Origin: a virus
Taxonomy: Duplodnaviria > Caudoviricetes
Reading direction: 5' to 3' (one strand)
Length of the DNA stretch: 64,000 bases
Virus record (IMG/VR): IMGVR_UViG_3300028048_000001
Span: 32,001 to 96,000 of that record
A program made the translations under genes and the position numbers. The notes beneath the pieces are model-generated. The model searched no databases. It saw only the letters and a program-made list of their open reading frames with translations, and had not been told where the DNA came from. Positions 50,501-57,500 of this stretch are shown here, one piece after another (the first letter of the stretch is position 1; the number at the start of each line of letters is the position of its first letter).

Positions 50501-52293
50501 TGAAGTGCTAATATACTATTACTATAAGCACCCTTTTTATTTTTATTATTTTCAACTTTAAGTAATCCTGATCCATTAAATATAGCACTATATTGAGTTC
50601 CAGCATCAGCCATAAATTTATTATGTGCTATTTTACTACCATAAACAGAAGAATTTAATTGACCAGCATGTTTCTTAAAAGCTTTTCTTAATTCTTCACC
50701 AGATTTTTTGGTGATCATTTTTTTACGAACTAAAAGAAGTAATTCACGGTCAATATCAGTATTACTAGAATCTATATTATTGACGGTAAAATATTCCATT
50801 ACTTTATCAAAATCTCTTGAAAGATCAAGTGTTCCTTTTGATCTGTAAGACATTTCTGCTTGACCAGCAGAAAGTTTGGAATTATAATTATCAATAAATT
50901 CTCTAGTAATAGTATCTCTAAAACTAGAATTCTCATTAGCAATAGACTTACTTCTACCTTCTCTAAAATTCTTAGTCATATTCTTAGGAGTTTCCCATCG
51001 ACCAGTTTTATAATTAAAAACTTTAGGTATTCCTCCTAATTGAGAAATAATCATTGCTAATTGCTGAGGAATAACTTCTGTTAAAGCTTTTTTACTCTCT
51101 CCATCCCAATCAAGAGGACCTCTATAATACTTAGAAATATCTATCTTCTTATTGGCTTTAGGAGCTATATCAAAAGCAGATAATATAGAATTTAATAAAG
51201 TTCCACCACGAGCTTTTCCATACTTATCATACTTTATATTATTTTTATTAAATCTATTTCTAGCAGCAATATTTCCTACTAATTTTGCAAATCCACCTTT
51301 AAAAATATTCTCAGTTCTATTTAAACTCTTTCCAAATTTAGAATTTTGTAATCTATCTGTAATAGCCATTGATGCTATTAATGCAATAGGAGAACTTAAC
51401 CCTCCAGACTCAGATATCATAGCCAGCATATCTGGAGATAATAAATCTGTCATAAATCCTAAAGAACTAGAATTCATAAAATTAGTTTTTGCATATTGTC
51501 CCCATTTTTTAAGATTTGGTAAACCACCAGAAAAAATATCTTCCCATGCTGTAGCTTTATAACTACTTTTATTTCCAAATCCAGCTTTTCTGGTTTCATA
51601 TCTTTCTGTAAGTATCTTATTTATGTTTTCAAGATACTTAGTTTGCATAGCTAATTCAGAAGTAGCAGCTTGATAAAAATTTCCAGAATTAATAATATGA
51701 GTATTTAATGGAGTAGCTATATCTTGATGAAGATTTAAGATACTTGTATTAATAACAGATAAAGATGTATTAACTAATCCAAGCATCCTATTACTAGATT
51801 TGATACTTAATCTTGTATTAGCCTTATATGATCTAACTATTTCATCAGTAGAAGCAGCAGTAAGTTTCTGTTGCGTTATACTAAGAGAATTAATAGCTTT
51901 AGATTCTGCGGATGAAGACTCAGTGTCTTCACCAAAATCTTCATCAATATCAAAATCTAAATCATCAAAAGAAAAACCTTCTTTTTTCATATACTCATCA
52001 AGAGCAGCTTTTTCTCTTTCTGGGTTATAAAATTTTCCTGTTCTAATATCATCAAGGATATTTTTCTTTTGTGTATTAAATTCTTTTAAAAATACATTAC
52101 CATTTTCATCTATTTTTTCTTTAGATCTTCTTCTAAAATCTTTAGCGAAATCATACATTTCTCTAGCAGAAGAAGCAGTTTCGGTAATGTATGATGTAAT
52201 GGTTGGATTAACACCCTTAATTGATTGAGCTGTAATATATCCAGCAGATCTAAGTACATTTTTAGCATAAGACTTTGGATCAAACCTAGCCAT
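41536..52293 (-). CDS. Tape measure protein with C-terminal peptidoglycan hydrolases (C39-like, phage tail lysozyme, putative third hydrolase, CHAP)
   Basis: 3585 aa, G/A/K-rich helical body; GCGP...HYVV...IDDP (C39-like); AGLMGNLYAESGL...GYGLVQWT (phage lysozyme 2); PWCASFVSW...HTGLVE...EGNT (CHAP). Confidence 0.85.
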   Translation of the reverse strand: MARFDPKSYAKNVLRSAGYITAQSIKGVNPTITSYITETASSAREMYDFAKDFRRRSKEKIDENGNVFLKEFNTQKKNILDDIRTGKFYNPEREKAALDEYMKKEGFSFDDLDFDIDEDFGEDTESSSAESKAINSLSITQQKLTAASTDEIVRSYKANTRLSIKSSNRMLGLVNTSLSVINTSILNLHQDIATPLNTHIINSGNFYQAATSELAMQTKYLENINKILTERYETRKAGFGNKSSYKATAWEDIFSGGLPNLKKWGQYAKTNFMNSSSLGFMTDLLSPDMLAMISESGGLSSPIALIASMAITDRLQNSKFGKSLNRTENIFKGGFAKLVGNIAARNRFNKNNIKYDKYGKARGGTLLNSILSAFDIAPKANKKIDISKYYRGPLDWDGESKKALTEVIPQQLAMIISQLGGIPKVFNYKTGRWETPKNMTKNFREGRSKSIANENSSFRDTITREFIDNYNSKLSAGQAEMSYRSKGTLDLSRDFDKVMEYFTVNNIDSSNTDIDRELLLLVRKKMITKKSGEELRKAFKKHAGQLNSSVYGSKIAHNKFMADAGTQYSAIFNGSGLLKVENNKNKKGAYSNSILALQDDKGHDIYWYLQSFYSSFKYLEDSISSQNFSGDRGYKARRKYNVPLSKELKELRRRENQAIKNKIYNENTAKDDTYVLEKDGTYRESPYKSTNKLDERREENEKSSIFTKGVDKINDFLSKVFFGNGISQAKEFFANGGLVKLFKDLPGTIAQAIESIKDKAKNWALDKWEKFKSSDFGRSYFGSMKDQVSGIGKSIWGHAKKSAGSVVDWVTGNYSGSAANGGMVTKSGMISVSEGEMIIPSEKNPFYKGRTNKSSQRAQEAMNYRNWVARGGNTDDYWGNFSKGGKSKRPKLSKKDKSNIDKLLEQGLDPNTIAKRIKKNYNAVKRYVESKNVQDIVGETVDNVKTTGSKVIDGAKSFAGKIMETDYGQKMKDMMSKADQAMSDYFGDKYTGTKDVAKSAMNVIKKSLPQTISSGTIGAIVAGAMTGSGLGLLGGFAIGAGVHVLKNSDDISKKLFGEERTNSDGTKTMSGGLIPAKAATFIKKRVPSIAKSGALGTALGLMGLAPGGILGGFMLGAGVDMLAHNETVKEYISGALFGNKGADGKRRGGIIGSLKVRVVDPLADYVKNGIGKVGEFLKNTVGENVKKLFVPLTDWVKGKGTRLLEGVTEGAKNIIVRIGRNIGELFNKTFGRLLSLLGFSGDKLLKFGKGLISVPFNIMGRAGEALNKHNIRMGYSTASAAERVKAMGSDATSYDKSLAELEKDNSEEGIRKRNDFIQKIRFYSNNENGARKALRSQREDLADTMVATLDNGGASDPKVVNALRKAIKDSTTYTRNNNKPFGPKKEHTDYSKLIKAIENGEYGITGERATSAINLLKEKQAEFNERSVQLDNWDAVRESEFSKDEYKGYDIRGLNGKLSDKKLLKLMHQTDNDYRRININDRKNWLKEENKNIAETIKDAEKTDPLGAKRNSILNTILDTVKSIAQHNGIELPEKNSFDKAKENTNIPSNENKSNENAGPKEGDKRQNPITEKNEEYRGGKWVPDLSDKETNDKEKEEKEEKNLKTRFYNFFLGGGLLTGLGKIFGINKEEKKETIFDKLKKGALGFLSTAGNFIGNLLSPITNGISSLIGMLTGSGITGLIKAGFEGLVSSGALSTILAGAGITWGLSKIHDKVEGSDKDSRVRSDIDPNTLKKSKDMSFFERAYYGAKDTQNIITRKNMNAYSSKDFVSDYAIDRGIKTTGINLLSGMAFGGSIGKAGAKIVSNTIGKVPVIGKALSSPIGLASKIGSKLPEGTNIFKNAASKIWNNEKVMSKLADSGKLGEKLYDTIGQVADDGLISTISDKVKNIFNWVFNKLGVKQAGSAADEAAEATAQAIVSKGGSANLGKLLSSIGSVIYIGRIILALEDGFEKAKAKVILGITADPTITQRLLAAALNGINYAIPGIGGLIPTEVLFNILYWIFEKFGINLGGLQEQREAAKVTLEEYKKATNNPGATLEEYVHNVLGEYTTQEKVKKSIGGAISKVKETASNGFNTVKTTAVKGITGIKNFGSKASTRIKNFGTNIASGAKNLVKTAGEKLSKGKDYVKEAVTGITTLAGKMEKVFVNKDAKMSDVIAVKPNIKEDNPLYGITNTIANGTKAAIIPGLFAKYIGIKVKNKAEEIFNNIKNKVEEFGIKIKNAVTPYIEMGRTIISDTTTTVGSNIDSFKSGDIVGLWTNKSTVSEDNPFGFISTITNMATSYGLTVPTLVSFVGHKTVEGIKSIGEFVSKEANNIASIGEAKKIYMQNGDFGGLWASDNKDAGGEGEGFISKLADTGFKFAYSIPTGINAIGKSINNIFTKTKNSIPNMGDIIDKLWKQYSDTNNSMDTYSSTVDSFKTTGDNVFGSLNSAMVSATGGIMRLLLTIIRPLKIVGDKVGGVVGGFVEGADNIFTSIKNWALNDNTSNTQHNAETGSGSGIHVSQKGSSRRFGSSTIDDNGCGPATAATVLRAYGKGGNLEDAARYAELGGYVAGRSDAVGTRASYFSDILGANGIRTSYTNSKNSIRGAIGSGNPTILLGQDRSNRSKINSPFGPNPHYVVARGSDSKGHVLIDDPELRAPAIYNKNIINKAKLGVLTGGGSNAIQADDGAIWNYLKSAGFTDAGVAGLMGNLYAESGLKSNKVEASSIKKSNIQSHDYNRDYGFTYDSDSYTAAVDKGLKQGLKGSAEQNLKPTFGVIPEYEFVRMPWKTSRQKSDGTYFGQNGYGLVQWTSFGRKQGLYDLVKQKGVSISDKQTQLEYLLYELQNKYPGVYNTLKTTTSLAEASNKVLTDFESPEDAMSHSSTRASYGQTYYDKFTKEPPKDTSFGAPTTLGESGGGQTISFPTYNLTDSQLKGVANIIQHEQGKVQARYAEASLMANLIDMKDDSRATAQNLVAYLTKPKGQNWFADGKNRYEQGAAGSVKIEDTALAAATDIFNNGKRTMPRYINEHDCFSDISSTNPSIDKKNRSAYVPNQTQITNKYGSKWTFYSFPDDRSDPFGYTSEEMRSKHGDAHYNISADGTVTAPAGYSTGTSSSSGASNGDAFGNSSKPTNLAGILSSAFSSVFGAIGSKLTGKAGSIFKLFTGGLNLGGTSSNSTSSDGSTVTSGESANSTIQTSMSGDNTPQYGGKAKPAPQGKGTPQSMVQIAQSQLGVVEGPEGSNNGNITDYGKFMGMDGQPWCASFVSWVMDKTFNGDKTARNKALRGSPSAAVSGLWDNFKRAGAMTNDPQPGDIVIFKNGSSHTGLVETVNGKQISTLEGNTGSSNKFNRNGGVVARHQWTLGDGSSMDKKLTGFGRPDWSATIASGSGLQLYNFTGGKAGTSSSKYGKHYLDSWDDEQRAINETINRNKAAASWEADNEAIRKMQNNNYYIKNAAKIWDDEQRAINETINRNKAAASWEADNEAIRKMQNNNYAKANKSSSGTTNSGSSYSSGGTYNSNSGGYVAGGIDTASLNSILEYLKTIADNSKYEAALPTIVDLISKLAGITATVNSNSTTITNQDQVNNINADISSIIQKLESISSTL
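41872..42112. repeat. Perfect 109-bp direct repeat, 132-bp period, in frame
   Basis: 41872-41980 equals 42004-42112; encodes WDDEQRAINETINRNKAAASWEADNEAIRKMQNNNY twice. Confidence 0.95.
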
Positions 52294-52364
52294 ATTACTT
52301 TCCTTTCATTTAATAAATAATCTATTATGTTGATGTTAAATTTGACTATATACCAAAAAAAAAA

Positions 52365-52396
52365 TAAAAGGGTAGGTTATTAAACCTACCCTTTTA
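52365..52396 (-). terminator. Intrinsic terminator
   Basis: TAAAAGGGTAGGTT-atta-AACCTACCCTTTTA. Confidence 0.9.
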
Positions 52397-52401
52397 TATT
52401 A

Positions 52402-53283
52402 TCAAAAATTATTATCAGAATAATAGAAAAGAGCTTTTAGAATAATATATTTAAATTCTTCTTTTTGTTGAATAGGAATATTTTCATATTCTCCAGATTT
52501 AATTAGTTCGATTGCAACATTGATATCAAGTTCTGATAATTCATCCATATTTTTTATATATTCTTCTATTTCTTCATCTATTTTTCTTTCCTCTTCTTCG
52601 TCATCATTTAAATTATCAGATTTTGATTCTGTTTCGCTTTCATCATCCTCATCATCTTCATCATCAATATCTATATCAACATATGATCTAATTATATTTT
52701 CATTTTTCATATCATATGTTTCTGATAAATCTGTAAGATCTACATTATTAATTACTAATTTTTCATACGGACCTCCCCAAAAACATCCTTCTACTGTAAG
52801 TGTATTTTCAAAATTATTATCAGAATCTTGAAAATATGATATTTCTGTAGGACAGAACCCATTATAAGAAGGTCTATTATCACCTTCATTTATTACATAG
52901 CCATACATATAAGATTTAATTTCCCCATCAGTAAGATTTAATACTGTTAAACTCATATATTGAGATGAAGTAATAATAAATTCTTTTTTATTTTGTATAG
53001 TATATATAATTTGCGTGCTGCTAAGAGAATGATAATTTCTTCCAAATGTCATATATGGAAGAAAATCATTTGAACTTTCATCAAATTTTAATATATCATA
53101 AGAAGATACGTCCCAATAATGAGAATCTGGGTCTTTAAATTTATAAATATGCTCTATAATTTTCCATTTATTTAAATCCATAGAAAAATCAGAATTATCT
53201 TCACTAGGATTTTTTTCTGTTTGTTCTACTTCTTCATATCCTTTATCTATAAAATTCTGAATATCAATCACACTTGTTATCAT
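52402..53283 (-). CDS. Hypothetical protein with acidic tract
   Basis: Overlaps the upstream gene; EGCFWGGPYE motif. Confidence 0.7.
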   Translation of the reverse strand: MITSVIDIQNFIDKGYEEVEQTEKNPSEDNSDFSMDLNKWKIIEHIYKFKDPDSHYWDVSSYDILKFDESSNDFLPYMTFGRNYHSLSSTQIIYTIQNKKEFIITSSQYMSLTVLNLTDGEIKSYMYGYVINEGDNRPSYNGFCPTEISYFQDSDNNFENTLTVEGCFWGGPYEKLVINNVDLTDLSETYDMKNENIIRSYVDIDIDDEDDEDDESETESKSDNLNDDEEEERKIDEEIEEYIKNMDELSELDINVAIELIKSGEYENIPIQQKEEFKYIILKALFYYSDNNF

Positions 53284-53803
53284 ATGTAGTACCTATCACC
53301 TTTCCATTTTCATCCGAAATAATCCAATCTGGTGTTTTATTTATAGATTTTATTCCACCATGTTCAGGAATAAGTACTTTACTATTATTAGAAGGTACTC
53401 TTGCTTCTCTTGCTGAAATATTTTTCCAAGCAAGCTGAATATCTGAATCTATTCTTCCTCCCAAAGGAAGTTTTCTTCCAGTTTTAAGATAAGTATAAGT
53501 AAATTCTTTTGATAAATTTACCATACCCTGTGCATCAGTTTTAGTAAATTCATATTTATCTGCAAGTTCTGTAGCTTCTTTAATAGGAATTTTAGTAATA
53601 CTTGATACAGCATTGGCTACAATTTTTCTTAACTCTCTTGAAGGATAATAAGTCTCTACTCCATTTAATGTACCATAAATTTTAGTAGAATATTCTGTAT
53701 CATTCATAAGAGCTTTCATTACAGTAACTTCATCTTTTTTTGAAGAAGATTTTTGTTTTACATTATCTGTTACAATTTTGATTACTTCTCTTGCATTCTC
53801 CAT
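53264..53803 (-). CDS. Hypothetical protein, possibly DNA-binding (start MENARE)
   Basis: GAAGGAG before ATG 53803; YL.TGRK..L segment. Confidence 0.65.
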   Translation of the reverse strand: MENAREVIKIVTDNVKQKSSSKKDEVTVMKALMNDTEYSTKIYGTLNGVETYYPSRELRKIVANAVSSITKIPIKEATELADKYEFTKTDAQGMVNLSKEFTYTYLKTGRKLPLGGRIDSDIQLAWKNISAREARVPSNNSKVLIPEHGGIKSINKTPDWIISDENGKVIGTTYDNKCD

Positions 53804-53939
53804 TATTTTCTCCTTCATCATTATTATCTATAAATGTAATAGCATTTGCCATTTTTTTCTTTCCATGTTGTGATATAAATTTATTTAATTCTTCTGGTGT
53901 AGTAGAACATAATATTTTATAAAAATTTTCTTTTTCCAT
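53763..53939 (-). CDS. 58-aa small protein below the ORF-track cutoff
   Basis: AGGAG RBS; MEKENFYKILCSTTPEELNKFISQHGKKK...; late-type AACT-atcaaa-TA upstream. Confidence 0.6.
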   Translation of the reverse strand: MEKENFYKILCSTTPEELNKFISQHGKKKMANAITFIDNNDEGENNGECKRSNQNCNR

Positions 53940-54018
53940 ACATCTCTCCTAAACAATCTATATTTGATAGTTTGAGAATAGTTAAAAATTAAAATTAACA
54001 TATATTTTTCAATATATG

Positions 54019-54366
54019 TTAATTTTTCTTTAATCTTCCATCTTTCAATGCTTCTTCTAATTCAGATGGATGTATGTCCATAAGTTTCATAGGATCAATG
54101 TTATCATCTTGAAAAAGTACTTTTCTATATTTACATCCATCAATATTACAAAAGAAACACATTGTTCCTCTTGTCATTACATAACATCTGTTTGATAAAC
54201 CATGAATAATATTATCATATTTATTATCAATATCTTTAATTTTAGATTTTAGATCTTCATTTTCTTTAATCAAATTATTAAAATGCGTAATAGTTGCTTT
54301 TTGAAGTTTAGGATCAAGTTTTCCAAAATTATTGCTTAAATTTCTCATAGCCATCTCATTAGTCAT
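54019..54366 (-). CDS. Hypothetical protein (coiled coil + Cys cluster)
   Basis: RC...TRG.MC.FC....C; AGGAGG RBS; early-type promoter 54410-54433. Confidence 0.7.
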   Translation of the reverse strand: MTNEMAMRNLSNNFGKLDPKLQKATITHFNNLIKENEDLKSKIKDIDNKYDNIIHGLSNRCYVMTRGTMCFFCNIDGCKYRKVLFQDDNIDPMKLMDIHPSELEEALKDGRLKKN

Positions 54367-54409
54367 TTTATTCCTCCTAAAAATCCTAAAAATAGTAGAA
54401 TATTAGTTT

Positions 54410-54433
54410 CATTATTATAATATCTATATGAAA
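54410..54433 (-). promoter_or_regulatory. Early-type promoter, consensus TTTCA-N5-ATATTATAA(T/A)A(A/T)TG (representative copy)
   Basis: Same spacing at ~11604-11626, 12713-12734, 14216-14238 and 14403-14426; core only at ~3729, 15514, 17490 and 30413. Confidence 0.7.
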
Positions 54434-54505
54434 ATTAACTTTAATTAATGATAAAATCCCCCAGAAGAACTTTTCTATAATCTATATATAGGAGGAAGCT
54501 TAATA

Positions 54506-57500
54506 ATGGTATCATTAGATGATCTTAAAGAATTGGTTATGTATAAAAAGCCATTCTTTTTGCCAATAGATCCTAAAGATAAGAAAAAAGGATCTGCCAT
54601 TATGCTTTTAACCCCAAATTATAAATCTTCAATGATTGCAATGACAGCACCTTATACTATTAATAGAAGATATTTTGAATCTTATTATTTCGAAAGAACT
54701 GTTACAAGATATATTAAAAATGAATCAGTAATATATCCAGAAGATCCTGGAGAATATATTTTTGAATCTGCTCTTTCGAGTAAAGATAGAAATGATTTAC
54801 CAGATTCAGAATTTGGATTACCTTCTCAAAGAAGATATCCAATGCCAGATAAATCTCATGTATTATCTGCTATTAGATTCTTCAATCATGTAGAAGAAGA
54901 ATATGAAGCCGAACTTGCTAAAAATATTATTAAAAAAATTAAAAAATTTGATATGGCAAGTGAAGTTCATGTTGGGAAAAATAATAGATTTCTTCCATAT
55001 TGGGAAAAATCTGGACTTGCTTCTTCTATAAATGAAAATGCAGAAGAATATTTAGATGAGTTTGTTGTATCAAAAGGAATTGAAATTCTTAATAAAAAAA
55101 TTTATTCATCTAGTAATCTTTTATTTTCTGGATATAAAAGAGATATAGATATAGTAAAGAAATATATTACAAAAGATGATGGTGTAATTCCTTTTAAAAA
55201 ATTAGAGATAGATGTTCCTAAATCTATAAATGTAGTAGTAACAAGTAATCCTAAAATAGAAGAAGAGATTACTTATAATTCTCTTTTAATATATACACCA
55301 AATGCTTTTAAGAAAAGAGGATATGAGTTTGATTATGAATCTTATATTAAATTCATATTTCAATTATATGCAATATATACAATAAAGCCAATTACTGGTG
55401 TTCATGTATTAGATAATTTAGCGGAACCTTTAGCAATTTTGTTATCTGGAATTGTTGATGATAAACTTGATATCGAAGAAAATCAAGATAAATTTTATGT
55501 AGAAAGAGTATTTAGATATATAAAATATACAAAAGGAATGACAGAAATTAAGAATATTCTTATATCAAATAATCTTATAGCATTTTATAGATATGCTAAA
55601 GAATATTCTAATAAATATGAACAATTTAGAAAAAATATAAAAGAATCCGATCTTTATATAGAACAAGATTGTTATGATTATTTAAATGAATGTAAAAAAT
55701 ACGAATCTCTTACAGAAGAAGAATTAGCTGTTCCTGAATCTATTAAAAAAATTCAAAATTTGGCTACAAATCTTAAAAGAAGAATAAGAAAGCAATCTGT
55801 ATATAAATTAAATAAAATTAGAAGAGATCTTCTTAGAGGTAATTTAGGTAAAGAAGAAAAAGGTGCTGGATTATCTACATTACAACAACTTCAAACTGGT
55901 AATATTAGTGGTGAATCTAAACCAGAAAATGTAGAAGAAGGAACATTTGAAAAATTTAAAAAATGGTCTCAAGGAGATTATATCCTTGAAGGAAATTTAA
56001 TGTATCTTTTTGAGGATAATATTAATTATGATATGTTCCTTAGAAAAGCATTATATAAAGATAGATTAAGAAATGTTAAACAAGCAATAGCTATATATAA
56101 AAATGTAAAAGCAACTATGCCTTTTATTAAGTATGCATTTCCTGATCTTTATAGATATAATAGAAAAAATTTATTTTATGATCTTTCTTTTTATAATGAA
56201 ACATTCTTTAAGAATTTTGATGAAATAAATATAGATGATAAAATTAATTCATTAAGAAAATTTAAAGTTTATGCAGAATTGATGAATAGACTTATCTCTT
56301 CTAATGAATTAACAAATTATTCAAAGAAAACTATATTTATTCCTATTCTTGACTGGAGACATAATAATTCTCTCAAAATGTGGATGTACAAAGAAGATGT
56401 TAATCCAATTTCTGTAATATATTATTATATGAAATTTGATCAAATGTCTCTTAAGAAGTTATTTAGTAATTATGACGTTGTATTTATGGGTGCTAAAAAC
56501 TATTTTAAAATAAATTTCTCAAAAACAGATTTTAGTAAACCTGCAAATATTACTAAATTTATGATCCTTTTAAGAAGAATTATTGCTCTTGGATATAATT
56601 CTCCAGCAGATCCAGATCCAGAAGGAGAATTCGAAGATTCACCTACTGGTATTGCTATGGATATTGTTGATAAAATTGAAAAATCTCAAAATATATCTAT
56701 CGATAATGTATCAAAATTTAATGATTTAAATAAATCTGCTGATTTATTTAATAATGATTTTAATAAAGTAACAAATACTGATAATACAGTTACTGCAGTA
56801 AAAAAAGAAATAGTAAACGATGATAAAGATTCTAATCTTACAAAAATATCTATTACTGGTAAAGTAAATGTTAAAGATAGATCTAAATCGTTTAGAGGTA
56901 AATCAATATCTGCTCCTGTAGAAGTTGAAAAAATTACTGTTACTAAAGATCAATCTGATGCTGACACTAAATTTTCTTCAGAAGATAAAGCTGTTAATAC
57001 AACTTCTGAAGAAGATAGAAAAGATGTTATTATTGATAAAATTGCTGATGTGGCTAACAGTGCAACGTCTGTAGATGATGCATTAGATAAATTAGATAAT
57101 GATGAATTTAAAGCTCTTATAATATCTTTACAAACAGATTCTGAAGAAAATGTTAGAGTTGATAAAACTAGAGCATCAAAAATCGTACAGATTGAAGATG
57201 AATTCCATAAAAAAGAAGTTGCAGGAAAATCTGTTAAAGAGATGCTTGAATCTGATCCTGCAAAAACTAAATTAGAAAGTACAAAACTTAAAGTATCTTC
57301 AATTAATAATGACTGGAATAATATGTCTTTCATGAATTTTGATAAGAATTATGATCCAGATACAGATATTGTTAAGATGCTTGATTCGATGCAACATTGG
57401 ACTTTTCCAATAGCTGTAAAAAATATAAATATTAAAGATAATTCAACATCAGAAGATTATGTTGATCTTTGGACAATAGAATGTATAGATTATAAAGGAA

